Part shown: in pieces, positions 19,566 to 29,385 of the stretch
Numbering within the stretch: position 1 is the stretch's first letter
Layout: every line of letters begins with the position of its first letter
Assembly (NCBI GenBank): GCA_016190755.1
Contig: JACPPY010000053.1
Location: forward strand, 10,531-74,530
Direction: 5' to 3'
DNA from: Chloroflexota bacterium
GTDB taxonomy: Bacteria; Chloroflexota; Dehalococcoidia; JACPPY01
DNA: 64,000 nt
Notes under the pieces: generated by a model
The model's input: only the letters and a program-made list of their open reading frames with translations
Told to the model about the DNA's origin: nothing
The model's database searches: none
Position numbers and translations under genes: made by a program

Positions 19566-19640
19566 TGCTTATGCATAACCCGGTCTATCGTGAGTCTAGC
19601 ATAACGCAGGCATCAGTAAAAGATAAGTCGTCCACGACCC

Positions 19641-19745
19641 CAGGGCTTATGCGTTCTAATTCTGGCTGCTTCAAAAACATGCTTCTCAGTCCGGGCGAAC
19701 CATATCTGGACGGACAGTCGGCCCAGGGAGAACGCATAAGCCCTG
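19641..19745. mobile_element. MITE-like 105-bp element with 17-bp perfect terminal inverted repeats and a 10-bp flanking direct repeat
   Basis: TIRs are CAGGGCTTATGCGTTCT (19641-19657) and AGAACGCATAAGCCCTG (19729-19745). TCCACGACCC abuts both ends directly (19631-19640 and 19746-19755). Confidence 0.5.
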
Positions 19746-19769
19746 TCCACGACCCACCAGCAAATCTAT

Positions 19770-19798
19770 TTGTATCTCTCATTTAAATATTGTATTAT
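19770..19798 (+). promoter_or_regulatory. putative sigma70-type promoter of argS
   Basis: TTGTAT (19770-19775), 17-nt spacer, TATTAT (19793-19798), about 30 nt upstream of the argS ATG. Confidence 0.35.
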
Positions 19799-19827
19799 CG
19801 GTCGCACTTCCTTTTGGGTAATCAGAC

Positions 19828-21489
19828 ATGACAGTAAAAGACAGGCTATCTGAGGCCCTGCTGAAAGCGGCGCAAGAGGCGCAAAAGCAAGGCAAGCTGC
19901 TTTCCGTGGCCCTGCCCGACGTGCTTATCGAGCGTCCCCAGAGGCCGGAGCACGGCGACTACGCGAGCACCCTTCCCTTGAAACTGGCCCGAAGCGTAGG
20001 GATGTCGCCGTTGGCCATCGGGAAGACGTTGCTCCACTTTTTGCCGTCCTTGCCTGAAGTCCAGAAGGCTGAGGTAGCCCCACCAGGATTCATAAACCTG
20101 ACTCTCAGCCCGGACTGGCTTGCAAGCCAGGTGAAAGTAATACTTGAGGCAGGCGAAGAGGTCGGCCGTTGCGACCTGGGCAAGAATGAGAAAGTCCAGA
20201 TCGAGTTCGTGAGCGTCAACCCTACGGGCCCGTTACACGTAGGCCACGGCAGGGGCGCCATACTGGGCTCCACATTGTCCAACGTGCTCGCTGCCTGTGG
20301 CTTCAACGTGGTCCGGGAGTATTATGTAAACGACGCCGGGACACAGATAGAGGCCTTTCACCGCTCCATCTGGGCGCGTTATCAGCAACTCTACGGCCGC
20401 GAAATCGAGATGCCGGCCAATGGCTACATGGGCAATTACATGGTAGACGCGGCCAAAGAAATAGCTGAAGAGTACGGCCGGAAGTTCCTTGAAATGCCCC
20501 CTGAGGCGGCTGTCAAAGAGATAGGCCAGATCGGCATTCGGAAGATGATAGCTTCTATACGGTCCGACCTCGAACTGCTGGGCGTGACCTTCGACGTTTG
20601 GTTCAGTGAAAAGTCTCTATTCGAGACCGGGTTGTACGAGAAGGTCATGAAGCTCTTGCAGGACAGGGGCTATGTGGCCATGAAAGAGGGGGCAGTCTGG
20701 TTCGCTTCCACCGCGCTGGGTGAAAGCAAGGACAATGTGCTGGTTCGCTCCGACGGTTCGCCCACCTACTTTGCCTCGGACATAGCCTACCACTACGATA
20801 AGTTCGTGGTCCGCAGCTTCAAACATGTGATCGACATCTGGGGCGCCGACCACCAGGGGCACGTATCGCGTCTCAAGACCGCGGTCAGCGCCATGGGCAT
20901 AGATGCGGAACAGCTTACCGTAATAATCTCGCAGATGGTTGGGCTGCGACGTGGCGATGAAGTGGTCAAGGTATCGAAAAGGACCGGAGAGCTTATCACT
21001 CTGAAGGAACTGGTGGAAGAGGTTGGGACCGATGCCTGCCGCTTTTTCTTCTTATCTCGTTCAGCCGACAGCCAGATGGACTTCGACCTGGAACTGGCCA
21101 AGAAACAGGCCCCGGAGAACCCTGTATATTATGTCCAGTACGCCCATGCGCGCATTGCCAGCATTCTCCGGCTGGCTGCCGAGCGCGGTATAGATTACAG
21201 CCAGGGCGACGTATCCGTGCTGACCACCGCACCCGAGCTGGCGCTCATCCGTAAGATGTTGGCGCTACCTGAGGTGCTGGAGACCGTGTCCCAGGGTCTC
21301 GAACCGCACCATTTGCCATACTACGCCACGGACCTGGCCACTTTGTTCCATAACTTTTATCGGGACTGCCGCGTTGTCTCTGACGATACCTGCCTCACGG
21401 CAGCCCGCCTCCAGCTAGTCAAAGCGGCGCAACTGGTATTGGCCCGCACACTGCATCTTATGGGCATGACCGCCCCCGACCGGATGTAG
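19828..21489 (+). CDS. argS: arginine--tRNA ligase
   Basis: 553 aa. Class I HIGH-type motif NPTGPLHVGHGRGA, and a DALR anticodon-binding C-terminus (YVQYAHARIASILR). Confidence 0.95.
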   Translation: MTVKDRLSEALLKAAQEAQKQGKLLSVALPDVLIERPQRPEHGDYASTLPLKLARSVGMSPLAIGKTLLHFLPSLPEVQKAEVAPPGFINLTLSPDWLASQVKVILEAGEEVGRCDLGKNEKVQIEFVSVNPTGPLHVGHGRGAILGSTLSNVLAACGFNVVREYYVNDAGTQIEAFHRSIWARYQQLYGREIEMPANGYMGNYMVDAAKEIAEEYGRKFLEMPPEAAVKEIGQIGIRKMIASIRSDLELLGVTFDVWFSEKSLFETGLYEKVMKLLQDRGYVAMKEGAVWFASTALGESKDNVLVRSDGSPTYFASDIAYHYDKFVVRSFKHVIDIWGADHQGHVSRLKTAVSAMGIDAEQLTVIISQMVGLRRGDEVVKVSKRTGELITLKELVEEVGTDACRFFFLSRSADSQMDFDLELAKKQAPENPVYYVQYAHARIASILRLAAERGIDYSQGDVSVLTTAPELALIRKMLALPEVLETVSQGLEPHHLPYYATDLATLFHNFYRDCRVVSDDTCLTAARLQLVKAAQLVLARTLHLMGMTAPDRM

Positions 21490-21623
21490 GTAGCTTCCGA
21501 TCCGGTCTCACCTGTTGTCATCAACGACCCGCTGCATGTACCATGGGAGAAAGGCAGTGTGATTGCCTGCACACACGTCGCCCCAAGGGGGCTCACTTGA
21601 GAATCGAGAATCTGGGGGCAAGG

Positions 21624-22508
21624 ATGAACAAGCTGAACAATGTGGATGTTGGGAGTCTGGACAAGGCGAAAGCCGCGGCCGCGAAAGGCAGGTCCAAGGT
21701 GAAACGAACCCAGGGCGTGGAGGGTGAATGGCTCCTGGATGAAAACGAGCATGCCCAGTTCCGCGCCCAGGTGTCTTTCGAGAACGGCAAGATGGTGTTG
21801 GAGGCTGACCAGCCCACTTTCCTCGGCGGGGGCGGCCAAAAACCAGGCCCGCTGCATTACTGCTTCTACGGTGTGGCGGCCTGCTACGCCAGCACGTATG
21901 CAAATGTGGCCTCTGAGATGGGCATCCGCCTTCGCAGGCTATCCGCAAAAGTAGAGGCCAAACTCGATTTCTCCAAGGTGTTTGGGTTAGCCGACAACCC
22001 CATAGTGGAAGAGGTGAAAGTCATCCTGACAGTCAGGGGCCAGGCGTCGAAGGCGAAGCTGGAAGAGGTGGAGCGGATGGCACAAGAGAGATGCCCCGCG
22101 GCATACACCTTGACCCATATCGTGCCGTTGAAGAGCGCCCTGGCAGTTCAAGAACACGTGAGCAAAGAAGAGGTCATGGAAGTCCTGAAGTGTGTCTATG
22201 ACCCGGACTATCTCGAACGTTCGCTCGTGGACATGGGCCTGGTGACTATGGACGACATAGAGGTGAGCAACGGCGTGGTGAAGGTCAAATACGGCTTGAG
22301 CGCTCCGATTTGTCCCTTCTCGGCTGCCATAGGCCTCACCATAAAGCACGCGCTGCAAAAACGGCTGGGTGTGGAGGCCGAAGTCCGCCTCAAACCGGGC
22401 CACTACCAGTACGAGGTCGTTAATGAGGTATTGAGCGACGAAGAGAAGTCCGCCGAGCTCATGCAGAAGTTGAAGTCCTACGGGGTATTGGAGCGTTGCG
22501 TGCGGTGA
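21624..22508 (+). CDS. OsmC-family domain fused to a DUF59 (SufT/MIP18-like Fe-S assembly) domain
   Basis: The N-terminal half has GGGGQKPGPLHYCFYGVAACY .. ERCPAAYTL (the two OsmC Cys). The C-terminal half has VMEVLKCVYDPDYLERSLVDMGLV .. LSAPICPFSA (DUF59 pattern). ATG 21624 chosen; the ORF opens at 21543. Confidence 0.7.
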   Translation: MNKLNNVDVGSLDKAKAAAAKGRSKVKRTQGVEGEWLLDENEHAQFRAQVSFENGKMVLEADQPTFLGGGGQKPGPLHYCFYGVAACYASTYANVASEMGIRLRRLSAKVEAKLDFSKVFGLADNPIVEEVKVILTVRGQASKAKLEEVERMAQERCPAAYTLTHIVPLKSALAVQEHVSKEEVMEVLKCVYDPDYLERSLVDMGLVTMDDIEVSNGVVKVKYGLSAPICPFSAAIGLTIKHALQKRLGVEAEVRLKPGHYQYEVVNEVLSDEEKSAELMQKLKSYGVLERCVR

Positions 22509-22604
22509 TAGAATTGGCGTTGCGCTGCATTGAAGAAGCAAGAGTTGCCTCAAGAAGGAAAGAACCTGTCACCACTGTTGGGTCCAGGCAACGCGGGAGG
22601 TTAA

Positions 22605-22838
22605 ATGGAAATGATGAATTGGAGCTGGGGTTTCTGGGGTATTTTCGGTATGCTATTAATGATCCTCTTCTGGGCGGCGGTTATCGCTGGGATCGTGTTG
22701 CTCGTCAGGTGGTTGATACAGCCGGGAAGGGGGGTCGGAACGGGAGAGCCATCGGCCATCGAGATTCTGAAGAAACGCTATGCCCGCGGAGAGATAGGCA
22801 AGGAGGAGTTCGAAGAGAAAAAGAGAGATCTGACGTAG
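22605..22838 (+). CDS. SHOCT-domain small membrane protein
   Basis: 77 aa. Two hydrophobic helices, then EILKKRYARGEIGKEEFEEKKRDL (SHOCT motif). Confidence 0.7.
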   Translation: MEMMNWSWGFWGIFGMLLMILFWAAVIAGIVLLVRWLIQPGRGVGTGEPSAIEILKKRYARGEIGKEEFEEKKRDLT

Positions 22839-22933
22839 GGCTTTCTTGCGGCTGCGTTCTGTGACCTAGGTCGTAGAAAGGTACTGTGAACGTGGCTAAC
22901 ATTAAAGCGTGAGCCTATCCAGGAGACTTGAAC

Positions 22934-23194
22934 ATGTTTGAAAGTAGGAAATGCCCGGGCCAGGACAGCAGGAACTTGAGTGTTGACACAATTAAGTGTC
23001 CGAACTGCGGTTTTGAAGAGGAGATCTGGTCGAACGAGCTCAGGGTGAAGTGTGGCAACTGCCAGCAGTGGACATATAAAGAGCAAGGAGCTTCTTCTTG
23101 CCTGGACTGGTGCCCTATGGCCAAGGATTGCATCGGACCCGAAAAGTGGCAGGAACTGCGGGGGTTCAAGGATAAGAAGCCCGAGGCAGTCTGA
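22934..23194 (+). CDS. small Cys-rich zinc-ribbon protein, unknown function
   Basis: 86 aa. CPNCG..CGNC plus CLDWCPMAKDC. AGGAGA sits 7 nt upstream of ATG 22934. Confidence 0.4.
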   Translation: MFESRKCPGQDSRNLSVDTIKCPNCGFEEEIWSNELRVKCGNCQQWTYKEQGASSCLDWCPMAKDCIGPEKWQELRGFKDKKPEAV

Positions 23195-23347
23195 GAAGAC
23201 CCGCAGGCGGCGAGCCGCCACGGCGTTTCATTTCGGAAAAAACAGCCAGCCGCTCCGGCTGTCGTCTGGAGCCTTCTGACTGACCGCTCGATAAAAGAGG
23301 CAGGTAGCAGAAGGCTCTAACTATGTCAACGTGAAACCCGACCTAAC

Positions 23348-23376
23348 TTGAAGAGCCAGGTAGCGCATGATATATT
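23348..23376 (+). promoter_or_regulatory. putative sigma70-type promoter of tRNA-Ser
   Basis: TTGAAG (23348-23353), 17-nt spacer, TATATT (23371-23376), 13 nt before the tRNA 5' end. Confidence 0.45.
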
Positions 23377-23389
23377 GTGGTTCGCTGGA

Positions 23390-23482
23390 GGAGGGATCGC
23401 ATAGTGGTCTAGTGCGGCCGCCTGCTAAGCGGTTACCCTGGGTAAACTGGGGTCATGGGTTCGAATCCCATTCCCTCCGCCA
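23390..23482 (+). tRNA. tRNA-Ser (anticodon GCU), CCA encoded
   Basis: Acceptor stem GGAGGGA/TCCCTCC, anticodon stem-loop GCCGC-CTGCTAA-GCGGT, long variable arm (CCCTGGGTAAACTGGGG), T-arm GGGTTCGAATCCC, discriminator G, then CCA. Confidence 0.9.
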
Positions 23483-23564
23483 TTGTCGAGTTCTCACATC
23501 TGAGAGGTAAAATGTTTGCACCTGCCTCTCGTTTGTTTCATTGTTTTTAGTGACTGCGCAGCAT

Positions 23565-24863
23565 ATGCCTACTTACTATCTCTGGAACATCGGCTGTCAG
23601 ATGAATAAATCGGAGTCGGAACGGCTCGGCGGATACCTGGAGGCTGAGGGCTACCGCCTGGTTGAGACGCCGCGGGGGGCCGACCTTGTTCTCATGAACA
23701 CCTGCGTCGTGCGTGGCAGTGCCGAAGAGCGGGTGGTGGGTGAGCTGGGCTACCTGGCTGGACTTAAGAAAAGGTCGCCCCGGATGTCTATTGTCGTCAC
23801 CGGCTGTTTCGTGGAATCGAAGCCCGGGGCGTTGAAAGAGAGGTTCCCGCACGTGGACCTCTGGTTCCCTGCGGGCAAGTACGAGGAGTTCACGAGCTGG
23901 ATGAAGGCAAAAACACTCCACTGGAGTTCTGCCGACCCGTTGTTGACCGCAGCCGCCAATGGCCCAACCGCTTTCGTGCCCGTTATCCAGGGGTGCGACT
24001 ACTTCTGCACTTACTGCATAGTTCCCTACCGGCGCGGCAGGGAGCACAGCCGGCCGGTGGATGAGGTCGTCTGCGAGGTTGAAGGCCTGTCCAGGAGAGG
24101 CATCAAAGAGATAACCCTGCTGGGACAGAACATCAACTCTTACGGACACGACCTGCCGGGCAGGCCAGACCTGGCCGACCTGCTGGCGGAGTTAAATGAT
24201 GTGCCGGGGCTCGTGCGCATACGGTTCCTGACCAGTCATCCGCGGGATGTGGATGGGAGGTTCATCGATGCCATGGCGCGATTGGGAAAAGTATGTGAAT
24301 GTATTAGCCTCCCCGCACAATCAGGAGACGATCGCGTGCTCCAGGCCATGAGGCGCGGGTATACTATCGCTCAATACCGCGATCTGGTACAGGAACTGCG
24401 GCAGCATGTGCCAGGTATCGCCATCAGCACGGATATAATCGTCGGTTTTCCCGGCGAGACTGAGGCAGAGTTCCAGCATACGGTGGACTTAGTGCGCGAT
24501 CTTAGGTTCGACACCGTCCATATCGCGGCCTATTCGCCGCGGCCGGGCACTATCGCGTCGCGCACGCTTCCGGACACCACTCCAATAGAAGAGAAGAAAA
24601 GGCGCGTAGGCATCATAGAACAGTTGCAGGAAAGCATTGCGTCGGAGATAAGCCTTGGCCTGCAAGGCCGGCGGATCGAAGTGCTCGTGGAACGTAAGAC
24701 CAAGGGCAAATGGGAAGGCCGCACGCGCACCGATAAGCTGGTGTTCTTCTCTGACAATGCCGACCATACAGGGGAACTGGTGGATGTCGAGATAACCAGC
24801 ACCAGCCCCTGGTCGCTCCAGGCTACACTGCTTTCCCGATCTGAAAAAGCATTAGCAACATAG
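23565..24863 (+). CDS. miaB: tRNA methylthiotransferase MiaB (radical SAM, MiaB/RimO family)
   Basis: N-terminal UPF0004 Cys triad (NIGCQMN, MNTCVVR, VTGCF), radical-SAM CDYFCTYC, and a C-terminal TRAM-like domain. ATG 23565 chosen; the ORF opens at TTG 23541. Confidence 0.8.
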   Translation: MPTYYLWNIGCQMNKSESERLGGYLEAEGYRLVETPRGADLVLMNTCVVRGSAEERVVGELGYLAGLKKRSPRMSIVVTGCFVESKPGALKERFPHVDLWFPAGKYEEFTSWMKAKTLHWSSADPLLTAAANGPTAFVPVIQGCDYFCTYCIVPYRRGREHSRPVDEVVCEVEGLSRRGIKEITLLGQNINSYGHDLPGRPDLADLLAELNDVPGLVRIRFLTSHPRDVDGRFIDAMARLGKVCECISLPAQSGDDRVLQAMRRGYTIAQYRDLVQELRQHVPGIAISTDIIVGFPGETEAEFQHTVDLVRDLRFDTVHIAAYSPRPGTIASRTLPDTTPIEEKKRRVGIIEQLQESIASEISLGLQGRRIEVLVERKTKGKWEGRTRTDKLVFFSDNADHTGELVDVEITSTSPWSLQATLLSRSEKALAT

Positions 24864-24956
24864 TGACGAGCAACTCTTTCTTTGAAGAGCGAGTATCGAG
24901 TTTACAATGTATGATGGTACGTCAAACTCTACCGGGAACCCCAGAAGGTAGGTCTC

Positions 24957-25907
24957 ATGACTCCAGGAAGTAAACTGGCCGTAATTGAAAGACCCGCAGC
25001 CGAACTGGCTGCCTTGCGCGAGAATATACTAGAGCTCAAGAAAAAGCTAAAAGCCGTGATCGTAGCGCATAACTACCAGCACCCCGAAGTGCAGGACATC
25101 GCCGATTTCGTCGGCGACTCGCTGGAGCTGGCGCGCAAGTCCACGCAGCTTCAGGCGGAGGCGATAGTGTTCTGCGGGGTTCACTTCATGGCCGAGACTG
25201 CGGCGATACTAAACCCGGAAAAGACGGTGTATCTCGCGCATGGTACAGCCGGTTGCCCTATGGCAAACATGATAGATGCCGACGAGCTGAGGGAATGGAA
25301 GCTCAAGTACCCTGGTGCTGCTGTCGTCTGCTACGTGAACACAACGGCCGAGGTCAAAGCAGAGAGCGACATCTGCTGCACATCGGCCAACGCCGTTAAG
25401 GTGGTCGATTCGGTGCCGGGCGAGGAGATAATATTTGTCCCCGACGAAAACCTGGGGAAGTTCGTTGCCGCCCGGACAAAGAAGAGGATGGTGCTGTACC
25501 CCGGCTACTGCGTCACGCACGCCAGGTTGAACGCCGAACAGGTGAAGCTGGCCAGGAGCCTCCACCCAGACTCTCCCGTGGTAGTGCACCCGGAGTGTCG
25601 GCCCGAGGTAGCGGCGCTGGCCGACGCCGTGCTCAGCACGTCGCAGATGATCCGCTTCTGCAAGGAAAACCCGGCGAAGAGCTTCCTTATCGGCACCGAG
25701 TTAGGTATACTGCACCGCATGCGCAAGGAAGCGCCCGACAAGGAGTTTTACGTTATCTCCAACAGCCTCATCTGCCCTAACATGAAGAAGACCACACTGG
25801 AGAGTGTGCTGGACACAATGCGTCTGAGGCGCAACATCGTCAAGGTGCCCGAGGACATTCGCCTGAGGGCCAGGCGCGCAGTAGATCGCATGCTGGAGGT
25901 GGTATGA
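24957..25907 (+). CDS. nadA: quinolinate synthase NadA
   Basis: 316 aa. VAHNYQHPEVQDIADFVGDSLELA .. CGVHFMAETA .. VVVHPEC. Confidence 0.9.
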   Translation: MTPGSKLAVIERPAAELAALRENILELKKKLKAVIVAHNYQHPEVQDIADFVGDSLELARKSTQLQAEAIVFCGVHFMAETAAILNPEKTVYLAHGTAGCPMANMIDADELREWKLKYPGAAVVCYVNTTAEVKAESDICCTSANAVKVVDSVPGEEIIFVPDENLGKFVAARTKKRMVLYPGYCVTHARLNAEQVKLARSLHPDSPVVVHPECRPEVAALADAVLSTSQMIRFCKENPAKSFLIGTELGILHRMRKEAPDKEFYVISNSLICPNMKKTTLESVLDTMRLRRNIVKVPEDIRLRARRAVDRMLEVV

Positions 25908-27469
25908 AGCCGTCCGTCTACGACTATGTAATAGTGGGAAGTGGTATCGCCGGCCTGTACATGGCTTTGCTGGCCAAGGAGAAGGGCAGTGTCCTTATCA
26001 TTACCAAAGGCAGCATCGAGGACTGCAACACCCGGCATGCGCAGGGCGGCATCGCCGCCGCCATAGGCAAGAACGACAACCCCGACCTGCATTACAAGGA
26101 CACGATGGCGGCAGGTGCGGGGCTAAACGACCCCGAAGCTGTGCGCGTGCTGGTCGAGGAGGGACCGCAGCGCATTGCCGATCTGATAGACTTCGGCGTG
26201 CCGTTCGACACCGCCGACGGCCAGATAGCTCTCACCAAGGAGGCGGCCCACAGCGTGTCTCGCATACTACACGCTGGCGGCGATGCTACCGGAGAACATG
26301 TTGAGGTTACCCTCAGCCGCAGGGTCCGCTATTCATCCTCAATAAACGTCCTAGAATACTGCCTGGCCACTGAAGTCATAGTCGAGAAGGGGAAGGTCAA
26401 GGGTGTTAAGACATTGGACCTGCGGGCCGGCTCGGTCCAGGAGTTTGAATGTCGCTGGCTGGTCCTGGCTACAGGCGGCGCCGGGAAGCTATTCAAGTAC
26501 ACTACCAACTCCGAGGTCGCCACAGCAGACGGCATCGTCCTGGCCTATAAGGCTGGAGCCGAGGTGACCGACATGGAGTTCTTTCAGTTCCACCCCACAG
26601 CATTGCGATTGCCGGGCGTGGCACCGTTCCTGATCTCCGAGGCCGTGCGCGGTGAAGGAGGCGTCTTGCGCAACGTAGAGGGATATCGATTCATGTCGGA
26701 CTACACACCGAAGGCCGACCTGGCGCCGAGGGACGTCGTCGCGCGGAGTATAGTCTACGAGATGAGGAAGACCGGCAGCGATCGAGTTTTCTTGGATGTC
26801 ACTCACCTGCCCGCCCACGTCATAACCACCAGATTCCCGCACATCTATAAGTTTTGTATGGACCACGGCCTGGACATAACCAAAGGTCTCATCTCGGTCG
26901 CTCCGGCTGCCCACTACATTATGGGTGGAATACGGACCAACGTCTGGGGCGAGACCAGCATTAAAGGTCTGTTCGCAGCAGGCGAGACCGCTTGCACTGG
27001 GGTACATGGTGCGAACAGGCTGGCCTCCAACTCTCTGCTGGAGACGATAGTCTTTGGCCACCGCATAGTGCAGAGGACCCAGGAGAAGGACAACCTCAAC
27101 TACAAGGCAAGAAGGGAAGACGATATCCGAAAGTCCCTGGCTACCGGAAAGCAGACCAGCAAATGCACGCCGTTAAGCCTGCTGGCGTTGCAGTCGCTGA
27201 TGTGGGAGAAGGTGGGAATAGTCCGTTCAGGCGAGAGCCTCGCTGAGGCAGGCAAAATGCTGGCGGCATGGGATGCCGCATTGCCACCCACCACCGATCG
27301 TCCCTCATACGAATTGAACAACCTTGTTCTGGCCGCCAAGCTTATGACCGAGGCCGCGTTGGCCCGAGAGGAAAGTCGCGGGGCGCATTTCCGCACTGAC
27401 TATCCGCGGACTTCCAGTTCCTGGAAACGACACATCGTATTCCAGAAAGATGCCACAACCCCGTCTTGA
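25904..27469 (+). CDS. nadB: L-aspartate oxidase NadB
   Basis: 521 aa. FAD motif VIVGSGIAGL, HAQGGIAAA, HYIMGGI, RGAHFR. Overlaps nadA by 4 nt. Confidence 0.9.
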   Translation: MKPSVYDYVIVGSGIAGLYMALLAKEKGSVLIITKGSIEDCNTRHAQGGIAAAIGKNDNPDLHYKDTMAAGAGLNDPEAVRVLVEEGPQRIADLIDFGVPFDTADGQIALTKEAAHSVSRILHAGGDATGEHVEVTLSRRVRYSSSINVLEYCLATEVIVEKGKVKGVKTLDLRAGSVQEFECRWLVLATGGAGKLFKYTTNSEVATADGIVLAYKAGAEVTDMEFFQFHPTALRLPGVAPFLISEAVRGEGGVLRNVEGYRFMSDYTPKADLAPRDVVARSIVYEMRKTGSDRVFLDVTHLPAHVITTRFPHIYKFCMDHGLDITKGLISVAPAAHYIMGGIRTNVWGETSIKGLFAAGETACTGVHGANRLASNSLLETIVFGHRIVQRTQEKDNLNYKARREDDIRKSLATGKQTSKCTPLSLLALQSLMWEKVGIVRSGESLAEAGKMLAAWDAALPPTTDRPSYELNNLVLAAKLMTEAALAREESRGAHFRTDYPRTSSSWKRHIVFQKDATTPS

Positions 27470-27491
27470 ACAACCGCCCAGGAGGTTGAAC

Positions 27492-28364
27492 ATGGAACAC
27501 TACGACATCCAGACGCAGAAGATCATCGAGCGGGCGATCGAAGAAGACCTGGGTTGGGGCGACGTGACCACCGACGCCCTGATTCCCGACGAGGTACAGG
27601 CCGAAGCGAATATCTTCAGCAGGTGCGACGGCATCGTCGCCGGCACGAGGGTCGCCGACAGGGTGTTCCATACCGTCGACCACTACCTGGAGATAAAGAT
27701 AGTCTTGGCCGACGGCCAACCGATGCATCCGGGGGACGTGCTCGTGGAAATGAACGGAAGCGCCGCCAGCATACTGAAGGCCGAGCGCACGGCGCTCAAT
27801 TTTCTACAGCGCATGAGTGGTATCGCCACCCAGACCAGGCGCTATGTTGACGCAGTTCGTGGCCTCCCGGTACACATCGCCGATACGCGCAAGACGGCTC
27901 CTGGGCTCCGCGTGCTGGACAAGTATGCAGTTAGCGCAGGCGGCGGTATGAACCACCGCATGCACCTCGAGGACGGGGTGCTCATCAAGGATAACCACTT
28001 GCAGATGCTTCACGCACGGGGCGTGAAGTTGAAGGACGTGATATCCCGGATACGTCAGAGGTCCCCGCGCATGCTGAATATAGAGATAGAGGCAACGAGT
28101 GTCGAAGAGGCCCAGGCGGCTGTGGACGCGGGCGCGGATATCATTCTACTGGACAACATGGACCTGGAGACCACCGCTCGCGCCGTCAAAGCAGTCAAGG
28201 GGCGCGCCCTGATCGAGGCGTCTGGCGGCATGACCCTGGAAAGGGTCAGGCAGGTCGCCGAGGCCGGCGTGGACTTCATATCCGTGGGCGCGTTGACGCA
28301 CTCCGTCTCGGCCGTCGACCTGAGCCTGGATATAAAGCCGCTCAAGGTAGTACCTGGCAGATAG
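27492..28364 (+). CDS. nadC: nicotinate-nucleotide pyrophosphorylase (carboxylating) NadC
   Basis: ERTALNFLQRMSGIAT .. DTRKTAPGLR .. IKDNH .. ASGG. ATG 27492 chosen; the ORF opens at 27450. Confidence 0.9.
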   Translation: MEHYDIQTQKIIERAIEEDLGWGDVTTDALIPDEVQAEANIFSRCDGIVAGTRVADRVFHTVDHYLEIKIVLADGQPMHPGDVLVEMNGSAASILKAERTALNFLQRMSGIATQTRRYVDAVRGLPVHIADTRKTAPGLRVLDKYAVSAGGGMNHRMHLEDGVLIKDNHLQMLHARGVKLKDVISRIRQRSPRMLNIEIEATSVEEAQAAVDAGADIILLDNMDLETTARAVKAVKGRALIEASGGMTLERVRQVAEAGVDFISVGALTHSVSAVDLSLDIKPLKVVPGR

Positions 28365-28556
28365 TAGGCCAGGAGCTACTAATACCAATCCCAAATAAAT
28401 ATCGAAACACAGCTAATTGGAGTGACGTAGGACACCTCACTCTAGCTCTCTGCCCACCCCGACTTGTTGGGGTACCTGGGGAGAGAAAGTACAAATGAGG
28501 GTGAACGTGAAGTTAGTGCACACTCCCATACTGTTGCACCAGATACTCGTATTGGT

Positions 28557-29342
28557 TTAGGACGCCAGGAACAGGCCATGCAACACACCAACCTGGTACA
28601 TGAGCACCGCTCCGAAACCGATGCTAAAGGCCCCTGCTGCGCCCTGAATGACACGGTTCAACCTGGGCAGGCGACGGGACAAAGTGAACGGCGTGCTGAC
28701 GAAGATCGATACCAGGCCCATGCTGAGGACAGAGCCCAGGCCGAAGACGAGTATGTACCATACGCCGGTCCAGGTAGATCCTAAGTTCACCAGCACCAGC
28801 AACATCAAGGTAGCGCTGCCAGCCAGCCCATGTACCGTACCCACCAAATAGGACTTTAGCCTGAAGAATGGCTTCAGCGCACCCCTGGCAGCATATCTCT
28901 GGTGTTCGCCCGGAACAATTCCGGCTACGAGGAACTGCAGCACGTTGCGCGTCGGCGAATGGTGTGCATGACTTTCATTCTCTTCATGCGAGTGGAAATG
29001 CACGTGCGCTTCGCCGCTGGAGTGAGGATGCACGTGGATGCGACGATGGCGCAACATCCAGAAGGTCTGCACGCCCAATATGATGAGCACGACGCCTACC
29101 ATAAACTCGAAGAAGAGCGCCATGTTTTCCGGCAGGCGCACGCCCAGGACAAGCAGTAGTATGCCCGCTAGGAGAAGCGAGGTGGTATGGCCCAGGCCCC
29201 AGGAGACTCCAATCCATATTGCCTTCAGCGGGTTGCGATATTCGCTGACGATGGTGGTCACCGCCACGAGATGGTCGGCATCAAAAGCGTGGCGCACACC
29301 CAATAACAGTCCCAGCCCCAGGATAGCCCATAGTGACGTCAT
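28557..29342 (-). CDS. NiCoT-family nickel/cobalt transporter (HoxN/NixA-like)
   Basis: NiCoT signature RHAFDADHL in an early TM segment, LGHTTS, and a His-rich loop HVHPHSSGEAHVHFHSHEENESHAHH. About 8 TM segments. ATG 29342 has GGGGAGAAG upstream; the ORF opens at 29453. Confidence 0.75.
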   Translation of the reverse strand: MTSLWAILGLGLLLGVRHAFDADHLVAVTTIVSEYRNPLKAIWIGVSWGLGHTTSLLLAGILLLVLGVRLPENMALFFEFMVGVVLIILGVQTFWMLRHRRIHVHPHSSGEAHVHFHSHEENESHAHHSPTRNVLQFLVAGIVPGEHQRYAARGALKPFFRLKSYLVGTVHGLAGSATLMLLVLVNLGSTWTGVWYILVFGLGSVLSMGLVSIFVSTPFTLSRRLPRLNRVIQGAAGAFSIGFGAVLMYQVGVLHGLFLAS

Positions 29343-29385
29343 TACTTCTCCCCATTTCTGACGCACAAACTGCAAAACCAACACA

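Noticed and set aside
19566-19827. A T-box or other leader RNA upstream of argS.
   Set aside because: No T-box sequence (AAUUAGGGUGGUACCGCG-like), specifier loop or AGAGA/GNUGNGA elements were found. The dominant structure is better explained as a TIR-bounded insert with a flanking direct repeat.
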